NCBI RefSeq assembly: GCF_902713615.1
Contig: NC_052154.1
Location: 81,013,072-81,077,071 of the forward strand
From: Scyliorhinus canicula
Taxonomy: Eukaryota
Reading direction: 5' to 3'
DNA: 64,000 nt
A model generated the notes under the pieces. It did not search any database. It had not been told where the DNA came from and saw only the letters and a program-made list of their open reading frames with translations. This document shows positions 1-12,199 of the stretch, piece after piece. The position numbers were made by a program, and so were the translations under genes. Positions within the stretch are counted from its first letter, which is position 1. Every line of letters starts with the position of its first letter.

Positions 1-744
1 CAACCCAGGACTCAGAAAAATACAGATCTTTTGTGTCTTTGAAACGCAGGCAGCTAGACCTGATCGCAACCTCCGCTCGTTTGCATTCTAATGGCTCATT
101 TCTCCAGAATAATAACCCTTGTGTATAAATAAACTATCTTTGAACTTGAACTGACTAACTGGCTGTGTGGTCATTTGACCGATAGACGGGAAAGCCTTGT
201 GGTTCAGCTGTGGTCTCGAGAACGACAGATTGGCAGAATTATTAATCCTAATTGCTATTCCTGTGATTTTTGGGAGAATTATTGCTGTGTGGAGGCTGTT
301 TGAAATCAGGATATCACTGCGCACGGAACGGGCAGGACGATATATTTACTCACTTTCGCTGCCTATACTCCTGAATGAAGGCCAGTCCCTCAGATGAGGT
401 GCTGGGGAATTGCCCGCTCCTGGGGCCTGAATCGATATTATCAGCCACAATACGTAACTTTAATCATGTGGTATCCCGTGTCATGGTCACACATTCAATT
501 TCTTAATCTATGAGATCAATTCCTGACCAAACCATTCAATGCATCATTCTGATTTGCTGCAAGTGGTCAAGAAACGTTTTTAAAATCATAAGGTTCCACC
601 TCCTTATTTAGATTCTGCGTTGCAAATTAGATGCGATATATCTCAAATCCGATCGTTGCTGCTTCTTAATTGTTTCTGTATTTGACTTATCTTCGTTATT
701 TTTTCTCTGACGGATGCAGTTTATCGTAGTTCTTCTTTTTCTCG

Positions 745-929
745 CCGCAAAAGTAACTTCAAACAAAATGGAGCAATTCCCTAAACTTATGACTGTAGCC
801 AGGGGGGACAATGTTTCCATATTCTGCACATTTTGCATATATGAATATGCTCCTGAAGTTTCTTGGTGGCGACGCGGCGCGGAACGTTTCTGGAAGCAGA
901 CAACGGAAAGAGATCCACTCCAAAGAAAG
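745..929 (+). pseudogene. Truncated, frameshifted duplicate of the 5' two-thirds of the V exon of receptor gene 1
   Basis: AAKVTSNKMEQFPKLMTVARGDNVSIFCTF..YAPEVSWWRRGAE parallels 1334-1520. The upstream intron (about 650-744) is also duplicated. The acceptor AG is lost, small deletions shift the frame near 888-905, and homology stops before the second Cys. Confidence 0.9.
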
Positions 930-1067
930 ATGCTCTCTTTCAGTCATGTGACATCTCATGTCAGGGTCCCCCCGTTTCATATACTCAGAGACCTATTTCC
1001 TGCCTAAACCATTCAGAATACATCCTCCTGTGCAGCACCTACAATTATTTTCCTTTCCATTTACAAG

Positions 1068-1122
1068 ATGTCGATCAGAGTTACAGCTCAGTACATGGCT
1101 CTTCTGGGTCTGATGTGGCCAG
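1068..1122 (+). CDS. Receptor gene 1, exon 1: signal peptide MSIRVTAQYMALLGLMWP
   Basis: ATG at 1068, hydrophobic 18 codons + 1 nt, donor CAG/gtatgt. Phase 1 joins the V exon in frame. Confidence 0.8.
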
Positions 1123-1333
1123 GTATGTTGAGTTGTTTAATGTTGCCGTTGTAGAATGGCTTAAATGGTATTTTAAGTATACAACTGTATTGTTGTAAAA
1201 AAAAATAGTTGCTGCGCTTCTTCAATTCCACTGCTGGTGTTTCTTCATTGTTTTTGAATTTTCCTCCATTTAGTTATTTTCCTTCTCTGACGTATGCAGT
1301 TGTTATCCACATTCTTTTCTACTTATTTCCTAG

Positions 1334-1639
1334 CCGCCAAAGTAACTTCGAACAAAGTGGAACAGTTCCCTCAACACCTGACGGTAGCCAGGGGTGACAA
1401 TGTTTCCATGTTCTGCACGTTTTCCATATATGAAGATGCTCCTGAAGTTTCTTGGTGGAAACGCGGCGCTGAATCTTTGCTGGAACCAGACAACAGGAAG
1501 AGATTTAGTCCAAAGAAGGGACGGAGTACATTAGAAATTCTAAATGCGAGTATCACAGACTCCGGAATGTATTACTGCAAAGTCAAACATCAACAGGTCA
1601 AGATTGGGGATGGAAGTGGCTCCCAGCTCACTGTGTTTG
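1334..1639 (+). CDS. Receptor gene 1, exon 2: V-set Ig domain with germline-joined J-like strand (NCR3/SIRP/VJ-C1-like)
   Basis: Acceptor ttcctag, donor G/gtaagt, 306 nt, phase 1-1. Contains B-strand Cys (SMFC), WW, DSGMYYC and G-strand GDGSGSQLTV. Confidence 0.95.
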
Positions 1640-1762
1640 GTAAGTGTAATTGTTCCAGGGAAAGACCGCTTTCCAGCTGTGTGTGATTTATGTAATTTTA
1701 GCTGTTATTACTAGTTGAAAATCCGGCGATAACGGATTCGTTTTACACTGCTGTAGGTTTTC

Positions 1763-2090
1763 ATAGAATCATAGAATTTACAGTGCTGAAGGAGGCCATT
1801 CGGCCCATCGAGTCTGCACTTGGAAAGAGCAACCTACCCAAGCCCACGCCTTTACCCTTTTCCAGTAACTCCACCAAAACCTTTGGACACTGTGGGAAAA
1901 ATTTGCACAGCCAATCCGCCTAACCTGCACATCTTTGGTCTGTGGGAGGAAACCGGAACACTTGGAGGAAACCCACGGATACACGGGAAGAACGTGCAGA
2001 CTCCACACAGACAGTCATCCGAGGCTGGAATTGAACCTGGCATCCTGGAGCTGTGAACCAGAAGTCCTAACCACTGTGCCACCGTGCCGC
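1763..2090 (-). mobile_element. HE1-type tRNA-derived shark SINE
   Basis: Head gcggcacggtggcacagtggttag, body cacagtccaaagatgtgcaggttagg and tail (attctatg)n on the minus strand. The same family recurs across the window. Confidence 0.85.
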
Positions 2091-2911
2091 ACTTTTTTTT
2101 CCATTGGCCTCCATGTTTAACGACCGTTAATCCCCCATCGCCCAAGATCAATTTTATTCATTCCTCGTCCTCTTACATTTGGAAGTGCTTTTCATCCAAC
2201 GAGTGTTTTTGATGCACCCAGAATTGTCACTGAACAAGATATTGAAAGAAAGATGCTGTTAAAATCTTATTTTGAGATTAATTAATCGGATGGTATGGTC
2301 ACTTTTATTGTCAACAAAAGTACCCTAATACTTCACACAGCAGCAAACTTTGTATTCACTGCTTTAAATTGCCATCTATTACTTTTTATGCTTAATTGTC
2401 CAAACGTTGACTTCGGTGAGACTCTTAGGCATGGGTATCAAAATAATTGAGTTAATCAGCCAAATTAAGTAGAGGTCTAATCAATCGGAATACCCGAATA
2501 AGCTAGAGGAACGGAATAACCCACTACAGTTCCTGTGCTCCTATTTAATGCAGTACACGTGTGTCCATTGATTACCTTGTTTACGATACCGAACCCTCCA
2601 ATGAGGCTTCTTACAGTCCATGTTAGAGGTGTTGATCTTGCCTTCAAGTCTGGTTTTCAACAAAAGTCTGAGAGCGTGCAAGATAGTAAAGATGTTAATT
2701 GCCCATGTTGAGGACCTCTGTCGTTGGCCAATTCGACCTTCATACACTCGAAACCAATAATTGCAGACGGGCTGTCACCGAACGTTCCTGTAAATGGCTG
2801 GGTTCGATACTTGTTAATCTTGTTTTCCATTTCCATTCCCCAAACTTCAATGGAAGTTAGAGGAAGGCAGCAGACAGCAGCACCCTCATTCGTTTGCATG
2901 GACAATCTACA

Positions 2912-3110
2912 GCATTACCTATCACACGTGGATTGGCCATGCTAAGTTGCCTCTTAATGTTCGCAGATCTGCGGGTTAGGTGGGTTGGCCATGATCTAAG
3001 CTTACCATCATGCGAATGGGACGGGGTAGTGGGCCTCGCTAGAGTGCTCGTTCGGAGGGTCAGTGCAGAGTCGTTGGACCGAATGGCCTAATGTTCCACT
3101 GGAGAGATTA
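2912..3110 (+). mobile_element. 5'-truncated HE1-type SINE
   Basis: gtggattggccatgctaa...gggtcagtgcagagtcgttggaccgaatggcct matches the 3' half of the family. Confidence 0.7.
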
Positions 3111-3679
3111 TATGCTGGTGATACTTAATGAGATCCAAGGCAAACAAATATCCTTAAATTGATAATTTGGTATTGGAACAGTGCCAAATAAATAGACATA
3201 TAATGAAAATAATGTTAAGGATAGCGTTCTTAATAAATTAACAAACTACTTCAACTTATTAAAGGACATTTGCTTCCAGATATGTTGTGTCAGGTGATCT
3301 AATAATATTAGGTAGATAGGCAACTGATAGAAATATCATCGCTTCAGGCAAGACGAATTCAACACATCAAATGGAGGAGAGCAGAAAACATTTAAAATAT
3401 ACATTCGGAGTGAGATATGCAATTATGTTTACTTCATCTGAATGGGTGCAGTTATCGACAAAGCCATGACAATTGCCAATATTACACTTTCATGACGAAA
3501 CTAGTATTCCAACCCTCAATTCTTCCTCTGGAGAAAGCACCTGAGGTGAAAACTGCACGATGTGGAAACTCCAGAACAGACACTGAGATGTTGTCCTCAA
3601 AATTAGTGCGGAATTATAATATGCACATTTTAAATCAAGGCTGGAGTCTATATGACATTATTATAATATAATAAACTTC

Positions 3680-3945
3680 ATCGTCACAAGTAGGCTTACA
3701 TTAACACTGCAATGAAGTTACTGTGAAAAACCCCTTGTCGCCACATTCCGGTGCCTGTTCGGGTACACAGGGAGAATTCAGAATGTTCAATTCACCTAAC
3801 AGCACAGCTTTCGGGACCTGTGAGAGGAAACCCACGCAGACACGGGGAGAACGTGCAGACTCCGCACAGACAGTGACCCAAGCTGGGAATTGAAGCTCGG
3901 ACCCTGGCGCTGTGAAGCAACTGTGTTCATCACTTCGGTGACACA
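3680..3945 (-). mobile_element. Shark SINE (tail ttcacagtaacttcattgcagtgttaatgtaagcctacttgtgac family)
   Basis: Same head and tail as the copies near 38435-38735 and 41495-41800. Confidence 0.8.
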
Positions 3946-4447
3946 CGGGTGTTCACAGTCAAAACAAAATATGGTTGGTATTACTTGAAATATTCGAAAA
4001 TCGAATTGATTTGAAATAGGCACAGAAAATTGTATACGATATTATGAACAATGTTAATTACGGGAAAGACGAAAGAGGACACCATTGCTCATTCTGATTG
4101 TGTTGCACTGTTATTTGCAAACATTTAGAGCTGAATTGTCTTCTGAGACATTGCTTCGAACCGCAAACCTGCTCCAGGACCTGCTGTTCCCATTCAGAGC
4201 AGTGACCCGTCTCTCCCTGCATGTTATCAATACTTGGAGATTCATCCTCCCTGTATATCGTTTGTAATACATCCGAATACTTTGCCGTGCGCAGTTTAAC
4301 AATTTTGATATAAATATAAACTCAAGAGTTTAGAAGTCATAAAATGGATAACTGTTGTCACTGCAGAAGTGTAACATGAAAGTTGCGGCATACAAATGTC
4401 AATGCGTTCCTTTAAATTAAAAACAGCATTCTATTTTCCTGTTCAAG

Positions 4448-4744
4448 TTCCTCCAACGCCATTGAAAATGCTTCCGGTTGAAGAGAATTCAGCGACTTCT
4501 CTGAAGTTCGAATGCAAAACTGCTGCCTTTTACCCGAAATATTTCAGAATCTCCTGGCAAAGAGATGGTGTGGAAATTCTGGCCGGAATAGAAACTGTGA
4601 AAAACGAGACAGCGGAGGGTCTTTTTGAGGTTTCCAGCTCTTTGGAAGATGCAAGGCCTGTCCTGAATGGAGTAGTTTATACCTGTCTGGTATCCCATAT
4701 CTCCCTTAAGGTGCCCGCCAGTGTCAGCTACACCGTCATTCAAG
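4448..4744 (+). CDS. Receptor gene 1, exon 3: C1-set Ig domain
   Basis: Acceptor ttcctgttcaag, donor G/gtaaga, 297 nt, phase 1-1. Contains FECKTAAFYP, ISWQRDG, FEVSSSL and YTCLVSH, which are C1-set hallmarks. Confidence 0.95.
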
Positions 4745-6060
4745 GTAAGATTGGAAACAGTTACAGGATTAAGCGCCGGAAAGGCTGCAACCTTAGTTAC
4801 TTGTTAGACATGCATCTGATCAGCTATTAAAACTCGAATATACAGGGTAAATGTGGAGCGTATTTACTCACAATGTCACATCAATGGGAATTAATTAAAA
4901 TAATCAAGGTAGTTTGTCGCTGAAAGAGGGAGAATTTCTCCCTGAAAAGATCTGAAACTGGAGGTTGATGTGCGAACGGCACAAAAACTTAAAGCTGTTT
5001 CTTAGTCAAATTCTTGCCAAATGAAATTAACTTAAAATGGATCAGTATTAGTGGAGACACTTTTATTTAGGACAGTTCCTGTGTGGAACTTCAGCTAATA
5101 TTTTTGAAGGGAATTTTCTCTATGATGCATATTCCTTGTGCATTCATAACTTATTTCTAGCTTATGCAAACATAAACATTTCAGAATACCCTCTTTTACC
5201 TGGATTTACTTTATTCGCATATGACCTTCCCTCTTTTAGTCGTTTGCAAATTGCGGAGTTGAGGAATTGGTTCTAAATCTATTTTGGTGGCAATTGTGGT
5301 TGCAGACCTCTTACTCCAATAAACAAAGTTAATTGAAGTTATCAGCACTAAGGGTGTTGAATAACGGAGGAAATTACAGTGTTAGTACCGAGAATTTGGC
5401 ACTTGATCCGTATGTTACTGAGAACGTGTGTGGCTAGATGGGGGCCGATCAAAGCTACCAGATCTGAAAATCAGGAATCCTAAAGCATATGTGGCATCCT
5501 GATGAAGTTATTAGTGCGGGCAAAAAAACAGGCTGATTGTCAGAGATAGCTGAGCTGGTGTTGCGTGGCGGACTTGTCGTGTCCCATGTTGTTTTAAAAA
5601 AGGGCCCAAAAAGGCGCTTCTTTTTTTTGTACCCGGTCAAATATATTTCAAAGGCTATTTGTTTAGGAGTTGTTTTTCTCTATTTCTCATAAAATTAACA
5701 GAGAGAACAGAGCAGAATCCTACCCCAAAATGGACATCATTGTCCTATATTAATTATACAACCGTTATGTGGAGTTAAAAAAAGAAGCTAACGATCGACA
5801 AGATGGCTTAGCCACCAAAACAGGCTGCCTCGGAAGGTGGAATGCGCCACGGTACACGCTCACGTGGTGCTCATTTTGCCGAGTATATTTTGAGGTTATC
5901 ATCGTCCGGTAATTCAACTTTAGAAATGTAGAATCGGTCCCAAATTTAGAGTAACAATTTTGTGGATCCCTTTCCGTGTCTAAAAGCTAATACTATTTGT
6001 TTCCATTCGGCAATACTTATATGAGCTAATTGATGTGTATCTTTTAATCCCGTATTGTAG

Positions 6061-6167
6061 ATCACAGTTTCCGCAACGTGGTGATTACACGGCTTGTTCT
6101 GGGTTTTTTGGTCATTCTTGGATTGCTGGGTATAATTGTGGACCATGTAACATATGTTCGACTGAAG
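6061..6167 (+). CDS. Receptor gene 1, exon 4: transmembrane exon with Arg (DHSFRNVVITRLVLGFLVILGLLGIIVDHVTYVRLK)
   Basis: Acceptor gtattgtag at 6060, donor AAG/gtgaga. In frame with C1, with a hydrophobic helix carrying an N-terminal Arg. Confidence 0.9.
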
Positions 6168-6571
6168 GTGAGAGGACGTAATTTTTTATTCAATAAACCA
6201 CATTCAAAGTCCATACACAGGTAGCATTGGTAGGCTAGAAATGCGAAATGTGATTCTGCCCGACGTTGTTGACGTAATTTAAGATTAATGGTCCTAAACC
6301 TTGCTGTCAAATAACAGACAACATAAAAGATCGACACTTTTAACACACTTTTCCTGTTTAGTGCTGCTGAAAAGTTACAGGCATGAAACGTTAACCGTTC
6401 CCTTTCCACACATGTAGCCTGAGCAGCCAAGTATTTTCAGCATGTTCAGTTTTTATTTCGAATTTTATTAATTTCCACATTTATTTCAGTTTCGTGCAGA
6501 ATAAGTGAAGTAATAAACATCGAACGTGAATGTTAAGCATTGGCTCCGTGTTCGCTCCTTTCATTAAACAG

Positions 6572-6595
6572 GTTCTGGTTTCAAATTGTCGCTGA
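6572..6595 (+). CDS. Receptor gene 1, candidate terminal exon (VLVSNCR-stop)
   Basis: Pyrimidine-rich acceptor ctcctttcattaaacag, phase 0 matching the TM donor. Unspliced read-through to a TAG shortly after the TM exon is an alternative. Confidence 0.5.
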   Translation, partial: VLVSNCR

Positions 6596-7555
6596 GATGC
6601 TTGAGCACCAAACAGCGGCTAATACTTCAGCGCAGCACTGCTGGAAGTTGAATCTTTTTTCAACACCTTAAACTGAGGTCCCTCTGCTCTGTCCGGTCGT
6701 CGTAAAGACCCCATGGGACATTTTCGTAGCTGAGTGTTGGAGAACTCGCCGGCGACATGATCAGTATTTAACTCTGAATTGCTTCACTGAAACCGATTCG
6801 TTCTTCATTTAGTTCAGTATTCTTTGCCGTTAGGAACGCACCGTGTTGTTTTTATGCACGCATTGCACTTCCAGTGGCCGTGAAAGATGTGATATCAATG
6901 CTAACCCTTTACTCAATTTTGCAAGATGTTTATGCATGGTTGAATAATTAATAACACGGGCGCCGCTTTCCCAGTACTATTTTCCAGTGTTGCGTAAAAC
7001 TGCAAAAATTGAGATAGAGTTATTTCATTTCCTATGTATACTCCTGAAGGTGAACTATTTCCGTGTGAGCACTGTATGAAGTTAGGCTCTTTGTTTTCCT
7101 TCTGAACGCACGGTGTTTAGCTGGGATGACCACAATCCTCTCGCTCCGCCATATCTTGCTTCAATTTTACCCGCTAAGCCTTCAGCATCACATGGTTGAG
7201 CTGGGAATCTTCCTCGCTCGATTAGAATTTAAGGATCTGGAGCAGAATGCAATGTTAGTTTCTCTCTCGCTCTCCCTGAAAACACAAGCAGGATTATCTG
7301 TTGCAGAACCAGTAGCATTTAATACAAGACACAGATGAGATGTAACCAAGCTTCTTCTCAACTGTTTGGCTTTGTGGATACTCACGTGCTGTACGCGTCT
7401 TTCCTCAGTGTTAAAATGTGATTTTTTTTTTACATGTGCAAGAGAGCACTGAATACCGAGTGAGTGCGGTCATTTTGAAATTATCTATTTAAATTATCTA
7501 TTTAACTAAAAATACTGTCCACGATGGACTGTATTTTTATTTAAATGTCATTCTA

Positions 7556-7960
7556 TGGCACGGGTACTTGTGGCTTCACAGCGCCGGGGTCCCAGGTTCG
7601 ATTCCCCGCTGGGTCACTGTCTGCACGTTCTCCCCGTGTCTGCGTAGGTTTCCTCCCGGTCCTCCGGTTTTCTTCCACAGCCCAAAGACGTGCAGGTTAA
7701 GTGGATTGGACATGCTAAAAAAATGCCCTTAGTGATCAACAAAAAAGGTTGGGAGGGGTTATTGGGTTACGGGGATAGGGTGGAAGTGAGGGCTTAAGTG
7801 TGTCGGTGCAGACTTATGTTCTATTTTTTATGTTCTATCTGTGCAGGTTGGGTGCTGTTACGCGGTAGGGTGGGGGAGTGAGCATAGGTAAGATTCTCTT
7901 TCCGAGGGTGGATGCAGACTCGATGGGCCGGATGGCCTCCTTTTGCATTGGAGGTATTCT
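7556..7960 (+). mobile_element. HE1-type SINE
   Basis: gcttcacagcgccggggtcccaggttcgattcccc head, gtggattggacatgctaaa body and ttctatgttctat tail. Confidence 0.8.
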
Positions 7961-9397
7961 ATGGAATAAATAAAAATCAACCAGGTCCGACTTAGGTAAT
8001 CAGGAGTTAACATTCTTTATATATTTCTTTAACGTCTTTATGAAAAATTATGGACCACACAATAACATACAGACAATAATCAGAGATTCGCCGAAAGCCA
8101 TTGAAAACACAAATGCAAGTTTTGGAATCTGATGTTTTGTAACTTTGAAAATGGTGTCATATTTATCTAAATTAAGTTTTCACCGATCCTGGTTCTATTT
8201 ATTACAGGGCTATTGGAATAATTATTGTCGAATTACAATGAAATGGCACAATTGGAGGCAGTCCCGGTAATTTAGTAATAGTTTCATATTGTTCCAAATG
8301 AGTGTGCATCTGTGAGTCTGGAAATATTGATGTCTTGCTTAATGTATTTGGGATATTGATGATGAAGGGATTACATCGGAACTGTGTGTGTATATAAAGA
8401 AGGAGGAATATAACTAAAATAAACCGTTTCGTTCAGAAACTCTCTTCCATTCCCTTTTCCGAAAGCTAGCGATTTGAAACAAACCTGTTGAACTTTAACC
8501 TGGTGTTGTAAGACTTCTTACTATTATTTTTTAATAGTCAGGTAAAGATCGGCTGATAATCTCCGCCTCGGTTGTTCATAGCTACGCAAGCTCAACACGT
8601 TAGCCTTTGGGAAAGAGACACATGTGATCAGATAGAGGCGGGAAACAAAACAGAAGAGCCACAGGAAGCAAGGACCAAGATGAAAGAGCTGCAATTGAGA
8701 CGGATCAATGGTTCATGCAGCATTCGCTTACAGCCACTTTACGTAGCATTTCGTGACCCAATTTTCCAGTAACATTAGAATATAAAAATACAATTGTTAG
8801 TTGACGCCGTGCACAAATAGAGCTAAATGCATTCTATATAATTGCATTAACACGAATTTAGACATGGCCGTCAGCCAATCCACATACGGATTTTTAGGAG
8901 GGCTGGCACATATCCTGATGTATGAATCTCATCAATTGACATTTAAAGAAAATAAATGTAATTGTTCACATTTATAAGCATCACAATACTTTACGTAAGG
9001 AAACCTTTCATATATATTTTTGCCGAAACCATTGGAAATGACAGAGAGAGACATTCTTGTTCAACGAATTTATATTTGAAGAGTATTTCAGGACCTTTAA
9101 CACTATTCCGTGCTGGTTGCAATTCTGTCTCTGTCAACAGTCAGTCTGTGAAAGCTGCAGCCGTTCAAGAAGGCAGCAAAAAACCACCATGAGGGATGGA
9201 CAACAAACGCTGGCCCAGCCAGAAACGCTCCCATTCCAAGAACGAACAAAAACAATGTGAAGGAATGTTGTCTTCTCCATTTTCTCCTTTCCGGGATACC
9301 TAAAACCAAGTCTCTATCTCCCTCTTTTGGGTGATCAGCAGATTGCAAAATATCTCATAATTATTTCAAATAAATGAAAAATGAAATTAAAATCGCT

Positions 9398-9560
9398 TAT
9401 TGCACAAGTAGGCTTCAATGAAGTTACTGTGAAAAGCCCCTAGTCGCCACATTCGGGCGCATGTTCGGGGAGGCTGGTACGGGAATTGAACCGTGCTGCT
9501 GGCCTGCCTAGGTGTGCTTTAAAAGCCAGCGATTTAGCCCAGTGTGCTAAACCAGCCCCT
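9398..9560 (-). mobile_element. Short tRNA-derived SINE (ggggctggtttagcaca family)
   Basis: Matches the + copies at 27435-27606 and 42030-42190. Confidence 0.8.
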
Positions 9561-10394
9561 AAGAACAAAACATTCTTCAGAGCAGATCTGTCAGCCCTTA
9601 AAATGAATAAATAATCGCGACTTTTATCAATACAAATGTCTGCCTTTAGGGTCTTCTGCTTTAATTGACTACCTAGTTGCCAAGTTATGAATTTCACTTC
9701 AAATTTAACTACTTTTTCAGTGGATTGCAATGGAATGTCATGTGTAGGTGACAACGGTGCCACATCAATGCCAATTCACCACTTCCCTTTACAGTTATTA
9801 GCGTGTAGTCGTGTGCACATTTTTGTATTAAAAATATATTCAGTTAGCTATATTTGTATAATCAAATATCGTATTGTAAATTGAGAATGCTCGATGTTAA
9901 TTAAAACTGAATATTAAACGTTTCAGTTAACCGTAACAGCGAATCGTGAGAATATGAGTTCAAGCCAAATAGTGAGAGGAACGGTACTAATGCAAATTGG
10001 ACTCAAGCAGTGATCTCAGATCGCAACCAGCTATCGTCTCGTCAAACGTGTTGTTTCCCACACCGAAACTGGCAAACTGGATTAGTTTGAGAATAACTTA
10101 TTGCTAAAGTTTAACCAAAATAAAATGACGGCAATTTGCATCAGGAAAAGTAACGAAAGCATTCAATTGTCTTAATTCTTCAAAGGGGTTATCTCTAATA
10201 TGGAATATTCCACGATTTCTGCAACCTTGCCATATCAGTTGCCATGACTAAAATGTATGCATTTGCAAGTGTTTTGCCGGACTAGGTGTGTCTGCATGTG
10301 TTGATTTGTGTCTCTGCGTGTGTTGCGGAGATATCCAAATGGACATATTTCATCCTCACATGACACATGCAAGTGGAAGTAAATGTCGAGGAAA

Positions 10395-11900
10395 CAAGAA
10401 TGGAGACTCTAGATAACAAACCATCTGATCCACCAATGTATTATACCAGATTTCAACCACCCTCTGGTTGAAAAAGCTTTCCCTCGCATCTCCTCTACAC
10501 CTCCTGCTCATTACCTTAAACCTATGTCCCCTGGTTATTGATCCACCAACTAAGGGGAAAAGTACTTTCCTACCCACCCTATCTATGTCATTCAAAATGT
10601 TATACACCTCTATCAGGTCCCCTCTCAGCCTTCTCATTTCCAGGGAAAACAACCTCAGCCTTTGCAGTCTCTCTTGATAGTGAAACACTACAGCCCAAGC
10701 AACATCCTGGTAAGTCTTCTCTGCACCCTCTCCAGCGCAATCACTTCCTTCCTATAGTGTTGTGGCCAGAACTGCACACAGTACTCCAGCTGAGGTCCAA
10801 TCAGCATTTTATACACTTCCAACATAAGCTCCCTGCTCTTATATTCAATACCGTACAAAGGATAAAAACCCATAAGCCGTTTTACCCACCTTATCTACCT
10901 GTCCTCCTGTCTTCATAGGTCAGTGGAGATGTATAACAAGGTCCGTTTTAAACTCTGTACTTCCTAGGATCCGACCATTCATTGTATATTCCCTTGCCTT
11001 GTTAGTCCTCCCAAAATCCATTACCTCACACGTTTCCACAAAGAATTTAGCCAAATTTTAAAGACAGGATCTCCCTTTGACAAAACCATGCTGACTATCC
11101 TTGCTTTTTAAAAATTCATTTACGGAATGTGGGCACCGCTGGTTAGGTCAGCATTTATTGCCCGTCTCTAATTTCCCTTCAGAAGGTGGTGCTGAGTCCC
11201 TTCTTGAACCTCTGCTGTTCTTCAGGGTATAGCTACACTCACTATGATGTTCGGGAGAGACTTCCAGATTTTTGTCCCAGATTAATCCATGCCTCCTCAA
11301 GTGGACACATATTATAGCCCTAAGAATGTTTTTCAGTAGTTTCCCTACCACTAAAGTTAGACCCATTGGCCTGTACTTTGCTGGTTTGTCTCTACTTCAC
11401 TTCTTGAATAATGGGGCCACATTTGTTGTCCTCCAGTTCTTCGCCCGTGACCAGAGAAGATTTGAATTATTTTTTTCAGAGCCACGGCAATCCCTCCTTT
11501 GCCAGTTATAACTGTTAATTCCTCCTCCCTCTCAATGTTAAGTCGTTCAAGAAAATCACAATATGCCTCCCTGATTTCTATAGTTACATCATCCTTCTCC
11601 GTAGTGAACACAGATGCAAAGTACGCATTTAAAACCTCACCTGTATCTTCTGTGCCATACAAAAAATTCCACCTTGGTCCCTTATGGGGCCTATTCTAAC
11701 CCAGTCAATCTTCTGCTCTTACTATACTTAAAAACACCTTTTTAGTTTTCTTTGTTTTACCCACCGTTGCTTTTTCATGCTCCTCTTCATTCTCCTTTTT
11801 ATAGGTGGCTTCCTGCACTTTCTATACTCTTCTAGCGTTTCTGCTGTTTTAATCGGGTATCTGCCATGGGCCTCACTTTCTATTGATATATGGCCTGAAA
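10395..11900 (-). mobile_element. Degraded CR1 LINE ORF2 fragments
   Basis: Translations LEYCVQFWPQHYRKEVIALERVQRR, LRGDLIEVY and EVLNAYFASVFT are typical CR1 RT-region motifs. Confidence 0.85.
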
Positions 11901-12199
11901 GACATATCTGCTTGACTGCCTGTGCACTAGGTGATAAGTGAACCATAAGAGAGAAAAATCGACTACCTATTACAGATGCTCCTTTGCAGCATGGCCAGTG
12001 CAATTGCCGCTGCACAGTAGTTATGGAGACGAAACCCCATATTTACACTGACAACGAATCCCATTGTGTTATGTCACTGTTTCCTTCATTAGGATTCCTG
12101 GGTATACCCTGCCCCAGCGGCAGCACTGACCAACCCCCCCCCCCCCCCCCAAAAAAAAGTGGCGGCATTGTAGTTTGCAGTCTGTAGGAATGAACACTG

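Noticed and set aside
197-397. Hydrophobic ORF (LAELLILIAIPVIFGRIIAV) upstream of gene 1
   Set aside because: No convincing splice sites or homology to the family TM exons.
1629-1635. CACTGTG (RSS heptamer, reverse) at the end of the V exon
   Set aside because: It simply encodes L-T-V of the J-like strand, and there is no nonamer at 12 or 23 bp. No evidence for V(D)J rearrangement.
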